Source of the DNA: a virus
Taxonomy: Duplodnaviria; Caudoviricetes
Strand: one strand, 5' to 3'
Length of the DNA: 64,000 nt
IMG/VR virus record: IMGVR_UViG_3300020411_004054
Location: 5,885 to 69,884 of that record
The notes under the pieces were generated by a model. It was not told the origin of the DNA, ran no database searches, and saw only the letters and a list, made by a program, of their open reading frames with translations. The position numbers were made by a program, and so were the translations under genes. Of this stretch, positions 9,891 through 19,822 are shown one piece after another. How positions within the stretch are numbered: position 1 is the stretch's first letter; each line of letters begins with the position of its first letter.

Positions 9891-9910
9891 AAATAGAAAG
9901 GCATATTAAC

Positions 9911-10177
9911 ATGAATGACATGAAGACAGCACTTGAAGTTGTAATGTACTACAAGGAAATGGAAAAAGTTGTACCCGGCAGTAGCATGCTACGAGAAGTT
10001 CGCCAACAGTATGCTGACATGGCTAATGGCGGTGATGGCGGGGCACTAGGATATACGCCTTCTGACTACAAAGGGGCTGCTAGTGAATACGGCCCGACAT
10101 GTCGGGATTACAACTACTCTAAGTACCCAGACACATTTTTTCAGGAAGTTTGTGCCCTGATGGGATGGAGGTGGTAG
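9911..10177 (+). CDS. Hypothetical protein, MAxGGDxG...R..YP family
   Basis: Motif shared with 33719 and 33963 ORFs. Confidence 0.7.
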   Translation: MNDMKTALEVVMYYKEMEKVVPGSSMLREVRQQYADMANGGDGGALGYTPSDYKGAASEYGPTCRDYNYSKYPDTFFQEVCALMGWRW

Positions 10178-10300
10178 TATGTGGACTTTCTATCATAACA
10201 TTGTCACAGTTTCTAGTCCTGACCCTTCTTCTCTCTTTGTAGCAATTGCTGTGGTCTTGGGCACAATTATCTATGCATGTTCGATGAAAGAGGTGCCTAG

Positions 10301-10579
10301 ATGAGAGGCAAATTAAACCTCAAACGTACACGAAACAAACTGCTTAAGAATGGTTACTTGCCTGATATACAAAACTCCTATCAAGAAGTTTGGATAGATG
10401 TTAGAAGCAATGGGGCACCTATAAGTTTTACTGCTCGTGGTGAAAATATAGATGGTGCGTTAAAAGTACACGGGAGGCGCCCCGATGTACCGGAAGCTGA
10501 CGCATTTTATGCTGACTATACACGAAATGTCAAGGAAGCAATTGAACTTAGTAGGGTTGGGTGTTCTGCGAATGGATAA
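10301..10579 (+). CDS. Hypothetical protein
   Basis: GAGGTG SD. Confidence 0.65.
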   Translation: MRGKLNLKRTRNKLLKNGYLPDIQNSYQEVWIDVRSNGAPISFTARGENIDGALKVHGRRPDVPEADAFYADYTRNVKEAIELSRVGCSANG

Positions 10580-10775
10580 GAAAACAGTTTTTTACAAGGT
10601 AATTTCGTGGCGCCTAGTATCTATTGTTTCGATGTTAGTGACATTATGGATATTGACGGGTGACATTGGAAAGTCGACAGGTGTAACCCTGATCGTTCAG
10701 CTAGTTCAAACCATGGTTCATGGAGTTTTTGAGACGTTGTGGGAAAGACGCAGTGAACGTAGGCGATATCGTTAA
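10572..10775 (+). CDS. DUF2061-like membrane protein
   Basis: KVISWRLVS...TGD...VFETLWER matches the recalled family pattern. Confidence 0.65.
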   Translation: MDKKTVFYKVISWRLVSIVSMLVTLWILTGDIGKSTGVTLIVQLVQTMVHGVFETLWERRSERRRYR

Positions 10776-10950
10776 GATAAGACTCAAGAGCTCGCCTGTC
10801 ACTACAAAAGTAGGGATTATAATAAGGAATCCACGAAAGATGTACATGGCAGGAGAGATAGCAGAAGTCATGATAGACGGCGAGATAAAGTACGTGAAAA
10901 AAGAACATATTGAACTGATAGAAAGAGGAGATACTGATGAAAGTAAGTGA
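10753..10950 (+). CDS. MKVGDLV-family small protein
   Basis: GTG start; MNVGDIVKIR...VGIII. Confidence 0.7.
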   Translation: MNVGDIVKIRLKSSPVTTKVGIIIRNPRKMYMAGEIAEVMIDGEIKYVKKEHIELIERGDTDESK

Positions 10951-11110
10951 TGTGATGCGATCTTTGGAGACGATGAATCCAGACGCTGAGGTTGTGCTTA
11001 AGCATCTATACACTCAACCAGAAGTCATCATGACAAAGATCCGCGTTTATCACCTGGGTGATAGAGTTGTAATTGACGGCTACGAAAGAGAGGCAGTAAA
11101 ACCTAGATGA
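10937..11110 (+). CDS. Small hypothetical protein (not in ORF track)
   Basis: GAGGAG SD; MKVSDVMRSLETMNPDAEVVL; 14-nt overlap. Confidence 0.6.
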   Translation: MKVSDVMRSLETMNPDAEVVLKHLYTQPEVIMTKIRVYHLGDRVVIDGYEREAVKPR

Positions 11111-11349
11111 GCGATACAATAAAGAGAGAAACAATTTTTATTAAGTCTGCGTCTGGTGAGTTCTTCCTACCCAGGCCTACTAGTGTCATTGCCGGGGGAC
11201 TTTTGCATGCTTGGTTTAAGCATTTAGTAGGTGAGGAAGCCAAAATTGCGTCGCCTAGTTATTGGGAAAACTTATGCGAAAACAATAATGTTTCTCGCCT
11301 GGTAGAGTATGCTGATGGCAGGCATGAGATTATCGATGAAGCCCGGTGA
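11107..11349 (+). CDS. Hypothetical protein
   Basis: ATGA coupling; ends EIIDEAR. Confidence 0.65.
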   Translation: MSDTIKRETIFIKSASGEFFLPRPTSVIAGGLLHAWFKHLVGEEAKIASPSYWENLCENNNVSRLVEYADGRHEIIDEAR

Positions 11350-11542
11350 TATGGTCAGATTCGCTAAATGGGGTGAATTTGACTATAATGAGAACTGGAG
11401 TTTGGCTGAAAAGAAAAGGGTCGGTATCTTAGTAGAGCACGATAAGATTATGGGACATGTTGTGATTCTTTACAAGGGGGAGCTTTTGACAATGAGAGCT
11501 CAACTAGCTGAAAAGGCGGGAAAGAAAGACTTTAATGTTTAG
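11336..11542 (+). CDS. MKVGDLV-family small protein
   Basis: MKPGDMVRF...VGILVE; 14-nt overlap. Confidence 0.75.
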   Translation: MKPGDMVRFAKWGEFDYNENWSLAEKKRVGILVEHDKIMGHVVILYKGELLTMRAQLAEKAGKKDFNV

Positions 11543-11819
11543 AGAGTCTAGAATGCCACAGATCGGAGATCTCTTAGTTGTCCAGTGTCGTGATACTGAC
11601 TATCACGCTCATTGTTCGTGCCGCACTGAGAAAGAGCGTCACGTGGGACTTGTGAGAGAGATCGATCATGATTCATATGGTCACCAGAAGCATGTTCGTG
11701 TTGAGTGGGCTAATAAACCGCCTGTTAACTATCGTGACGAGCATGGTTACTGTGGTGTGAACATTCATAACATTAGAAGTGAGTTTACAGTTATTCGAAA
11801 TGGAAAAGAGATAAAGTGA
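11535..11819 (+). CDS. MKVGDLV-family protein
   Basis: PQIGDLLVV...VGLVRE...VRVEW. Confidence 0.7.
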   Translation: MFRESRMPQIGDLLVVQCRDTDYHAHCSCRTEKERHVGLVREIDHDSYGHQKHVRVEWANKPPVNYRDEHGYCGVNIHNIRSEFTVIRNGKEIK

Positions 11820-12319
11820 AAGATACTGTGTTACACAAAGACTTATTTTCACACAGGGTTGCCAGCACATGGGACGATTACTCTGAGAGTATCACTGACA
11901 AGGCTACTATCATGGCTATGAATCATTTCAAGGGTCTGCTAGGTGCTCAATTAGACTTTTACGGTGCTGACACCGGTGGTAATACCTTCAAGGTCGACGA
12001 CGTTGTGTTCCGTGTACTAGAAGATCCTAATGATGGCTATAGATCTTGTTTAGGTGCCATTGACTACACAACAGAGAGTGACAGTATTTTCTTTTCACAG
12101 CCAATTGCCAGGGTTAAACTTGTAACTTTTTCCCGAATAATCGAAGAGCGCTACGACAGCGGAGGTTTTTACGGCGCGCCGTCCAGTGAAGGATACCAGC
12201 TAGTTGATGCTGAGGATGGTCATGTCTGGCTCTATTTTGGTACGGATAATACAGATGACTATTATCCTTACTTTGTATTTCAATACTTTCCTAAGGAGAA
12301 AAAAGATGTTGAGCAATAA
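11816..12319 (+). CDS. Hypothetical phage protein
   Basis: 167-aa coupled ORF; EDPNDGYRSCLG and FGTDNTDDYYP motifs. Confidence 0.75.
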   Translation: MKDTVLHKDLFSHRVASTWDDYSESITDKATIMAMNHFKGLLGAQLDFYGADTGGNTFKVDDVVFRVLEDPNDGYRSCLGAIDYTTESDSIFFSQPIARVKLVTFSRIIEERYDSGGFYGAPSSEGYQLVDAEDGHVWLYFGTDNTDDYYPYFVFQYFPKEKKDVEQ

Positions 12320-12488
12320 AACAGGACAAGTCACAGTCAAGGGTTACAACAAGTCACATGTTTTTACAATTGAAAAAACAGAAGTTGGGAGTTATAAGTT
12401 TACCCGACTTCTCAAAAACGGAAACGTTGTGCTGAACTGTACAGATCACGAATTTCAGAAATTTTGCAAGCTTTTTAAAGAACACTAG
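12306..12488 (+). CDS. Small hypothetical protein
   Basis: AGGAGA SD; overlaps previous stop. Confidence 0.55.
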   Translation: MLSNKTGQVTVKGYNKSHVFTIEKTEVGSYKFTRLLKNGNVVLNCTDHEFQKFCKLFKEH

Positions 12489-12490
12489 AA

Positions 12491-12805
12491 ATGGAAAAAC
12501 TAAGAGTTACGATAACTAGTACACGCGGAATCATGCACCTGGTTGACAATGCTAACGGTAGAGAAATGTCTGTTGATAAAGAAGCTTTGTCCAGGGCTAT
12601 AAAAACTGATGGCCGCCACATGTTGTACTCTTCAGAATTTATCTCTAACGATACTATCAGGACACAGTGGTACGTTCAGCTTGAAGGCACTGATGACCCT
12701 GCAGATATCTGGCTCGATATTGACAAAGATAAAATTCATGAAGTAGGAACAGTTGTTGAACTTGATGTGACTAAAGATTGCTATAAAAATCAAGGAGGTG
12801 CCTAA
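12491..12805 (+). CDS. Hypothetical protein
   Basis: Co-oriented 104-aa ORF. Confidence 0.65.
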   Translation: MEKLRVTITSTRGIMHLVDNANGREMSVDKEALSRAIKTDGRHMLYSSEFISNDTIRTQWYVQLEGTDDPADIWLDIDKDKIHEVGTVVELDVTKDCYKNQGGA

Positions 12806-12932
12806 GTGCTAACGTGCGATTGGTGGGGTGCAGCTTTACTTGTAGTCTATTGTATACTGTCTACCGCTGTCGGCTTTTGGGCGATCAACAAGATTACAGA
12901 TGCTAGTAACAAAGGCACACTAAAAGAAAAGA

Positions 12933-13232
12933 ATGATGACTAGTATTATTAAGTCTAAGGCATTAGATGTTCTGTCAAAAATTATATCCAGACTTCTGCC
13001 TATAGGAGAAATAGCTGACTTAAGAGTACCTGTGTATGTGTCAGGTGAAATGCTAGTTTCACCATGGGGAGAAACATGCGTGATACTTGATGTAAACCCT
13101 GAGGGTAGAACAGGAGTTGAGTACTCAGTGCTGTGGGACAGTGAAGTTCACAGTACTGTATCAGAAAATGCTCTAGCTGGATGGAACGTACTCTCTGAGA
13201 GTGAACATGATACATTTATGTTATCCTTTTAG
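12933..13232 (+). CDS. Hypothetical protein, possible SH3-like C-terminus
   Basis: VSGEMLV...CVILD...YSVLW pattern. Confidence 0.55.
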   Translation: MMTSIIKSKALDVLSKIISRLLPIGEIADLRVPVYVSGEMLVSPWGETCVILDVNPEGRTGVEYSVLWDSEVHSTVSENALAGWNVLSESEHDTFMLSF

Positions 13233-13406
13233 TGCATAGTTATTATCACAGAAATAAGTGTAAAGAGGTTCACTAGTGAAAAGAACTTGGTACCATAATC
13301 TTAAGATGCAGATTGATACTGTTTGGTGGGACTTAACGCGCGGCCACAACAAGCATGTCTGGCGCGCTTTACTTTTATCTGCTTTTTGCACAGGACTAAT
13401 ACTATA

Positions 13407-14996
13407 ATGAAAATGTTAAAACAAGACCTCGAACGCCTAATCAAAGAAGAAATGTTGAACGAGTTCTTTGGTGGCAAAAAGAAGAAAGAAAAGATAGCTA
13501 ATGCGACAGCTGACCTACAAAAGGCCGGCCTGAAGTACATTCAGGATTTTAGTAATTCACCGGTTGGTCCATTTTTGGAAAAAGGTTCAAAACGCGGACC
13601 GTATAACGTTAAGGGCTGGGAAGATCCGGAAGGCGAGTATTACTCGCAAGTGCTTGGTGTTGACTATACGGACAAGGGCCTTGCTCACGAGCCTCGGATG
13701 GATGACGAAAAACACGAAGAAATGAAAAAGCACTACGAAGCCCTTAAGAGTATTAGGGAAAAGTGGGAAAGTGTCACAGGAAAACAGGCAGACAACGATA
13801 ACTCTCCCTTTGATGCACGGTATGTCGCGAAAGCGGAAGCAATTCCAGGCTTTTATCTCCGCAATGCTGATGATACAAGGGTGGGCAAGTTCGGCTTCTC
13901 CGAAGGCAAGAGAATAAAGGTTTCAAAAAAGGCTCTGCAAAAAATCATTAAAGAAGAAGTTTTAAACGAGTTTCTAGGGTTTGGCAAGAAGAAGAAAGAG
14001 AAAAAAGCTGCGGCCAAGGCAGCAGCTAAAGAAAAGATAGCTGCATACATTAGCGAGTTCACTGGCGCTCCGATCGGTCCATTTCTTAAGAAGGGCGGCG
14101 GCCGGCCAGAATACCAGGATTACAGCGACGATTCCAAGAAGTGGGAAAAGAACTTACGTAACAAAGAAGGCCTTTCAGAGGAAGAACATGCTAGTGTCGT
14201 TGAACAAGTAAAAACAATAAGGGATATCATAAAAGAGTGGGAGTCCGCAACCGGTGATTATGCTGACGATGACAAAGGGGTTCCTCTGGACATTCGAGCA
14301 TTGTCAACAAGCATCGCCACAGCCGGTCTATATCTTGATTATCAAAAAAAGCACAAAAATGAAAGCATAGACTTCATGAAAATTACGAAGAGTCAGCTTC
14401 GACAGATCATCAAAGAGCAGGTGAAAACCTGGAAAGAGCGCCAGGCTGAGATGGATGCGTGGGAGAAAAAGTTAGTTGCTGTTTTGCCTGAAGATCCTTC
14501 GGACTTAAGTGATGCTGATATCACCAACATTGCGCAGGTCTTTATCGATGAATACGGCTTAGACCAGGCTGATGGCTTTTTCGAAGACGACCGTGGCACA
14601 TTAGCGGACTTAGGAGTCCCAACTTATCCTGATCTTGAGCAGATTAGAATGGCCATCAGCTTAGCACAGGACACCGCCCGGAAAGCAAATATTACTAAAT
14701 CTCCTGACAAAAAAGAGCTGCAAGCAATAGACGACGGCCTCGAGCCGCGTGAGGTAGAGCACTTGACCTATCAGCCTATTCGCAGGGGTGGCAAGATTGT
14801 AGCTTTCCAAATTGAAGATAGTGAAACCCCGTGGGGCACAATGCCTTTAGGTCATTCAACCTTCGTAGTAGACGAAAGGGACGCAAAAGCGGCCGGAACA
14901 ACTATTGATAATATCATTAAGATGTTAGAGAAGGGTGGCGCAACTCTCAGGAAGCGGCGTAAACCAGTAAAGAGAACAACTCCATACTACGACTGA
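13407..14996 (+). CDS. KITKRQL-leader polyprotein (three leader copies, two paralogous payload domains)
   Basis: Leaders at 13407, ~13914 and 14376; duplicated PxGPFLxKG...WESxTG..AD.D domain. Confidence 0.85.
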   Translation: MKMLKQDLERLIKEEMLNEFFGGKKKKEKIANATADLQKAGLKYIQDFSNSPVGPFLEKGSKRGPYNVKGWEDPEGEYYSQVLGVDYTDKGLAHEPRMDDEKHEEMKKHYEALKSIREKWESVTGKQADNDNSPFDARYVAKAEAIPGFYLRNADDTRVGKFGFSEGKRIKVSKKALQKIIKEEVLNEFLGFGKKKKEKKAAAKAAAKEKIAAYISEFTGAPIGPFLKKGGGRPEYQDYSDDSKKWEKNLRNKEGLSEEEHASVVEQVKTIRDIIKEWESATGDYADDDKGVPLDIRALSTSIATAGLYLDYQKKHKNESIDFMKITKSQLRQIIKEQVKTWKERQAEMDAWEKKLVAVLPEDPSDLSDADITNIAQVFIDEYGLDQADGFFEDDRGTLADLGVPTYPDLEQIRMAISLAQDTARKANITKSPDKKELQAIDDGLEPREVEHLTYQPIRRGGKIVAFQIEDSETPWGTMPLGHSTFVVDERDAKAAGTTIDNIIKMLEKGGATLRKRRKPVKRTTPYYD

Positions 14997-15004
14997 TACT
15001 CCTA

Positions 15005-16039
15005 ATGAAGATTACAAAAAGACATCTCATAAGACTTATACGTGAAAGCCTAATCAAGGAGCAGGTAATGTGGCACTCTACTGCGCCTGAAAATATTGAG
15101 GCTATTCTATCTCAAGGTCTTCTGGTTGGCAGAGAATCAGCTCAAACAATGGGCGGAGCATGGGCTGATGAGTTTTATGGCACACGGCCGATATATCTCT
15201 CAGTAGACAAGGGCAAATACGAAGGGACACCATTAGCTGTCAATACCTCAGGGCTTAGCTTGGTCGCTGATCTGCCCTCGCTAGTTGATACTGGTGCATA
15301 TCAAGAAGAAGAAGGTATGTATTGGGACGAAGGCTCAGAACCGGCTCAAATGATAGATATCGTTGATGAAGATGGTATGGTTTATTTTGATGAGCTTCTT
15401 TCTCCAGGTAGTGCCGCGGCCAAAGCGGCGATTGACCTCACCGGTACAGCTGCAGTTGTTCAGAATATTCCTTCAAAAAATATCTCTGAGAAAGAGTCCG
15501 GCTTGGCATCTAATGAGCCATCCGCAGCCGAATCTGGGTGGGCATCAAAGAGTCAAGCTGAGAAAGATGATCATGTGAAGAATGCAGTGTGGGAAACGAT
15601 GGCCTGGAAGCGATATCGCAAACATGCTCAAGCAGAAGGGATCCCTTTTGATCCTGACAATGAAGAAGATATGAAGGTGGCCCGGGCTTGGTGGAAAGAG
15701 CAACCGGAAAGCAGACAATTCGAGGGTACAATGAAAGTTACAAAGAACCAGCTTAGAAGAATTATTAAAGAAGTTATTAGTGAACAGAGTCAGACTGCGG
15801 GCCCCCCTATTTCTGGGCGTCATGCTATTTCATTAGGCGGTAGCTATGGAGGTCCCCCTAAAAATCCGGATCCAAAAGGTGCACTCGCAGCAGCCCGGGA
15901 GATGGGATATAGCTTGAGAATTCCACCAGGGGTTGATTCAAATAATATTGCGATCGATGATGCGCTAGCGGCATATCCCGGTGAATTCACATATGAAGAT
16001 ATTATTGCTGCAGTTGAGGCTTCTGGAGGTGTTACATGA
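15005..16039 (+). CDS. KITKRQL-leader protein with ADP-ribosyltransferase-like (Tpt1/PARP-type) domain
   Basis: WHSTAPENIEAILSQGL...PIYLS; second leader at 15731. Confidence 0.7.
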   Translation: MKITKRHLIRLIRESLIKEQVMWHSTAPENIEAILSQGLLVGRESAQTMGGAWADEFYGTRPIYLSVDKGKYEGTPLAVNTSGLSLVADLPSLVDTGAYQEEEGMYWDEGSEPAQMIDIVDEDGMVYFDELLSPGSAAAKAAIDLTGTAAVVQNIPSKNISEKESGLASNEPSAAESGWASKSQAEKDDHVKNAVWETMAWKRYRKHAQAEGIPFDPDNEEDMKVARAWWKEQPESRQFEGTMKVTKNQLRRIIKEVISEQSQTAGPPISGRHAISLGGSYGGPPKNPDPKGALAAAREMGYSLRIPPGVDSNNIAIDDALAAYPGEFTYEDIIAAVEASGGVT

Positions 16040-16533
16040 GAATTAGACGCAGTCAATTAAGACGTGTAATACGAGAAGCTATAGATATCGTCAATCAAGA
16101 CACCGGTGAGGTTATTGATTTCGGTGGACCCGGCAGTCTTTGGCCTGATGAGGCTGTACCTGACCTGGTGAAGCGTCTCAATTTGAACTTAAGCCCAAAC
16201 GACACCTTGTCAAAAGAAGATTGGGATAAGCTTTTTGACGAAACTGTCGGAAAACACTTCGACCGCAAGGATAAAAGAAAAGCAGAAAAACTCGCCGCAG
16301 ACAGGGAGCGATTAAACATCGACAATCTCCTCCAGCGTCTCAGAGACTGGGCACAAACTGCTGCAGATGAATGGCAAGCAGACAATCCTCAAGGACCTAG
16401 CGTTGAAGACGTCGCGTATGATCTTGCTGACTCTGCAGAGTATACATTTTCGAGAGATGAATGGGAAGAACTTCTCTGGCATTTTGACGGCAATGAAGAC
16501 GATCTTAGAATTTATACAGCAGAGAGCATGTAA
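16036..16533 (+). CDS. KITKRQL-leader protein
   Basis: MRIRRSQLRRVIREAI. Confidence 0.85.
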   Translation: MRIRRSQLRRVIREAIDIVNQDTGEVIDFGGPGSLWPDEAVPDLVKRLNLNLSPNDTLSKEDWDKLFDETVGKHFDRKDKRKAEKLAADRERLNIDNLLQRLRDWAQTAADEWQADNPQGPSVEDVAYDLADSAEYTFSRDEWEELLWHFDGNEDDLRIYTAESM

Positions 16534-16534
16534 A

Positions 16535-16786
16535 ATGAAAATCACAAAGAGACAATTAAGAAGAATCATCAAGGAAGAGAAGACTAAGCTCATATCGGAG
16601 ATATCAGCTGAGCAGGCTGCAAAGATAAATGCAGAACAGCAAGGTTTGCAGTCTCAGTCCAGCTTAAGCCAACTACTTATTGATCTTAACGAGATAGTTG
16701 ATGAGATGATAACAGTTCTTGGCGCAGAAGAAACAGCCCAAGAACTGGAAGGTATAGCTGATGAGCTTTATCGTGGGAGTAGATAG
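16535..16786 (+). CDS. KITKRQL-leader protein
   Basis: MKITKRQLRRIIKEEKTKLISE. Confidence 0.85.
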   Translation: MKITKRQLRRIIKEEKTKLISEISAEQAAKINAEQQGLQSQSSLSQLLIDLNEIVDEMITVLGAEETAQELEGIADELYRGSR

Positions 16787-17667
16787 TGAAAATCACGAAA
16801 AGACAATTAAGAAAAATCATTAAAGAAGTCCATCCAGACTATGAAGGACTCCCGCAGAGTGACATTGACTATTACGAGCTAGCAGATGACTATGCCATGT
16901 GGGTCAAAGAAAATGGCCATATCACACCCGCCGCTTCTTCCGTCATGGCGACATACTTTTTAGAGATGGGCCTTGAAGATGACCATGAGAAACATGAGAT
17001 GTTGGGTAAGGCATTCAAGGTAGCTCACAACGATATAATGTCAGACATCAGGCGACAAAAAACAGAAGAAAGGGCAAGAATATCAGAAAGATCTAGCCCT
17101 GAGTATACAATGCCACAGAAAACCAAAGTTATTCCCAGTGAAACCTCTGGAAGATGGAGGCCTGAACTTGAAGCAATATTAGATGCAGCAGCTGCAGCTC
17201 ATGGGAATGTGCCATATGCTGAGCTAAAGAATTTCTTTTGGGCACTTAATTCAACATACGCCACCCAGCGCAAAATAATGGAGGGCAAATCAGTGAGAAT
17301 CACAAAAAGACAGCTTAGAAGAATCATCAAAGAAGCTATGCCCAAAGGGGGTGTTCCGGATGTTGTAGGTGCTGTATCAGGAGTCTCCGGAGAAGAAAGA
17401 AGACAGCTCATGGACGCGCTTGAAAAGAAGTACGGACTCGCGGTGAAAACTACTGAAGAGTTTGGGTCTAGCCCTGGCGGTATTTGGTTGAGTGGTGAAG
17501 ACGGCACTACAGCATCTGATGGAGTGCCTCTGTTTGATTCTTATGCCGGAGGCATGGACCCATATGATGATTTTGGAGTTCACACAGAGTTTAACGACTT
17601 TGTTGAATCATATGGATTTTTTGCCGAGTGGTACGATCCAGGTACACTAATGTTGTGGAGAATGTAA
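16786..17667 (+). CDS. KITKRQL-leader protein, two units
   Basis: N-terminal leader plus internal leader at 17293. Confidence 0.85.
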   Translation: MKITKRQLRKIIKEVHPDYEGLPQSDIDYYELADDYAMWVKENGHITPAASSVMATYFLEMGLEDDHEKHEMLGKAFKVAHNDIMSDIRRQKTEERARISERSSPEYTMPQKTKVIPSETSGRWRPELEAILDAAAAAHGNVPYAELKNFFWALNSTYATQRKIMEGKSVRITKRQLRRIIKEAMPKGGVPDVVGAVSGVSGEERRQLMDALEKKYGLAVKTTEEFGSSPGGIWLSGEDGTTASDGVPLFDSYAGGMDPYDDFGVHTEFNDFVESYGFFAEWYDPGTLMLWRM

Positions 17668-17735
17668 CATGATTACATTTTGGCATGCACTGCTTAAAGG
17701 GTTGACACCTTTTCCAAAAAAGAGCAAAGAAGTAA

Positions 17736-18137
17736 ATGAAAATCACAAAGAAGCAGCTTAGAAGAATTATTAAAGAAGAGCTCATCAGAGAATCTAACTG
17801 GAATCAGAGTCTGGGCGGCCCTGGTTTGAGTGATCTTCCGTGGGCATACCCGGATGGGAGCCTCGATGCCAACATATCAGCTGCGATGGCTAAAGCAGCT
17901 GAGCAAGGTTTTAACGCGTCCCAGTTTCTTAATGAAGACTCAGACTTTGGTTATAGCGATGTTGACGCGTATGACGCACTTAGGGCGCTAGAAGCTGGTT
18001 TTGTGGAACAGAGCCAGATTCCCTATGAAACTGCTGATGAGTCTGGTGTTATACGCATTGGTACTGTCAAAGAGTACGGGATAACGGAAAACATAGGGGT
18101 GATAGACGTAATGGGCTATCAAACGTGGATAAGATAA
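17736..18137 (+). CDS. KITKRQL-leader protein
   Basis: MKITKKQLRRIIKEELIRE. Confidence 0.85.
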   Translation: MKITKKQLRRIIKEELIRESNWNQSLGGPGLSDLPWAYPDGSLDANISAAMAKAAEQGFNASQFLNEDSDFGYSDVDAYDALRALEAGFVEQSQIPYETADESGVIRIGTVKEYGITENIGVIDVMGYQTWIR

Positions 18138-18138
18138 T

Positions 18139-18414
18139 ATGAAGATCACAAAGAGACAGCTGAGAAGAATCATAAAAGAAGAGAAGGCACGCATCTTAAG
18201 CGAGCAGGTAAGTACATCTGAGGCAGGCACTATTCTAGGGCACCTGGAAGACGCCATGAGCCTGTTCGAGGCATACGCTGACAGCTATGGATCAATGGAA
18301 TGGGAGCAGGGAGATGCTAACTCCGAAGAACAAGACGTTCTAAACCAGATTGCGGGTATCCGTAGCCTTCTCGAGTCATACTTTGACCAGTTTGGACCGC
18401 AGGCTTTCGGATAA
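18139..18414 (+). CDS. KITKRQL-leader protein
   Basis: MKITKRQLRRIIKEEKARILSE. Confidence 0.85.
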   Translation: MKITKRQLRRIIKEEKARILSEQVSTSEAGTILGHLEDAMSLFEAYADSYGSMEWEQGDANSEEQDVLNQIAGIRSLLESYFDQFGPQAFG

Positions 18415-18437
18415 GAAGCGATCTAAGGGAAAATAAA

Positions 18438-18734
18438 ATGAAAATCACTAAGCGTCAACTACGAAGAATCATCAAAGAAGAGAAAGCTCGCATCTTAAGA
18501 GAGAAGTCTAGCGAGTCCGAGGAAAGAGCTATTCTAGACCAATTGAATAAGGTGCTCAAAAATGTTAGGGATGTTGCGGGTACTTTGAAACAGGAGGACA
18601 GAAAAGACGGGGTGGCACTAAAGCTCGAATTGCAAGGTGAAGCATTAATACGTCTCAGAAATCTCCTTGATGAGTACTTTGACGAATTTGGATCTCTTAG
18701 CCCAGTCGATACGCTCGATATGTATGGTAGGTAA
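18438..18734 (+). CDS. KITKRQL-leader protein
   Basis: MKITKRQLRRIIKEEKARILRE. Confidence 0.85.
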   Translation: MKITKRQLRRIIKEEKARILREKSSESEERAILDQLNKVLKNVRDVAGTLKQEDRKDGVALKLELQGEALIRLRNLLDEYFDEFGSLSPVDTLDMYGR

Positions 18735-18738
18735 CAAA

Positions 18739-19113
18739 ATGAAAATCACAAAAAGACAACTAAGACGAATTATTAGAGAAGCAATGGCCGACGAGCCCAT
18801 CCGCATGCTACCCGGTGATTCGTTTGAAGCACAACCTGGTACGGCAGGAAACAAGCACCTCGGAAGGAGCCGGCAAACTTCGAAGCGGGGCTACAAGACC
18901 ACGATAACATTGAGCCCCACAGGCGATTCCCTTCTAGTGAGTGGAGGAGAGACAGAGCTTGACTTTGTACCTAGCGCACTTTATATCGCATCCGGCCAAA
19001 AGGTTCCAGAAGCTCTTGGTGATGCTATGATTGACAAGATAGAAAAGCAAATGGCGAGTGGGTACGTTGAAGTACCGATATCATGGTCACCAAGCACAGG
19101 GTGGAAATTCTAA
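18739..19113 (+). CDS. KITKRQL-leader protein
   Basis: MKITKRQLRRIIREAM. Confidence 0.85.
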   Translation: MKITKRQLRRIIREAMADEPIRMLPGDSFEAQPGTAGNKHLGRSRQTSKRGYKTTITLSPTGDSLLVSGGETELDFVPSALYIASGQKVPEALGDAMIDKIEKQMASGYVEVPISWSPSTGWKF

Positions 19114-19313
19114 TGAAAATCACGAAGAGACAGTTAAGAAGACTCATCAGAGAAGAGATTAGTGCAGACCCGATCGACGATTATGAAGCGAAGGAGTATG
19201 AGCGAGGCTATCAGGATGGGCTCGATGGATATCCCGTAGCAGATAACGCTACTACTTCTTATGACGCCGGATATGAGGATGGCTCGAACGATGCTGAAAG
19301 GTCGGGAAGATGA
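19113..19313 (+). CDS. KITKRQL-leader protein with YxxGYxDG repeats
   Basis: MKITKRQLRRLIREE; YERGYQDG and YDAGYEDG. Confidence 0.85.
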   Translation: MKITKRQLRRLIREEISADPIDDYEAKEYERGYQDGLDGYPVADNATTSYDAGYEDGSNDAERSGR

Positions 19314-19552
19314 AAATCACCGAAAAACAGTTGAGGTCTGTGATTAGAGAGGCAATCACACTAGATCTTAAGAAAGGTGATGTTATCTTGACAGGCAAAT
19401 TCAAAAACAAAAGAACTGTCGTGAAAGAGATCGGTGTCGATGAGCATGGACATCCTACCGTTAATGGGAAGTCTATCTTGAAGTTTAAGGTCGAAAAGTT
19501 TCTCCCTGAGGATGAGTGGAGCAAAAAGTCTAAAGAAGGCCTAGAGAAATGA
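19310..19552 (+). CDS. KITKRQL-leader protein with KOW-like payload
   Basis: MKITEKQLRSVIRE; LKKGDVILTGKFKNKRTVVKEI. Confidence 0.8.
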   Translation: MKITEKQLRSVIREAITLDLKKGDVILTGKFKNKRTVVKEIGVDEHGHPTVNGKSILKFKVEKFLPEDEWSKKSKEGLEK

Positions 19553-19822
19553 AGAAGCACCTGTGGTCTGTAGCGAATATATTCGCCTGGCTGGGTATTG
19601 CTAGTTATGTCTCTTTGGTGACCGTAGTACTATCAGAAGGGTGTATCAATGCATAAACTCAGACTAGCTAAACAGTACATGATTAATGAAATTAGAGACT
19701 ATAGCAAGATATGGCTACTTTTGATCAAAGGGAAAGGGTCTTTGTCTGACTACTTGTTTCTATACACAGAAATTTCTATTGGTCTGCTAGCCGGCTATGC
19801 AATTTGGGGCTAAGTTTTACAT

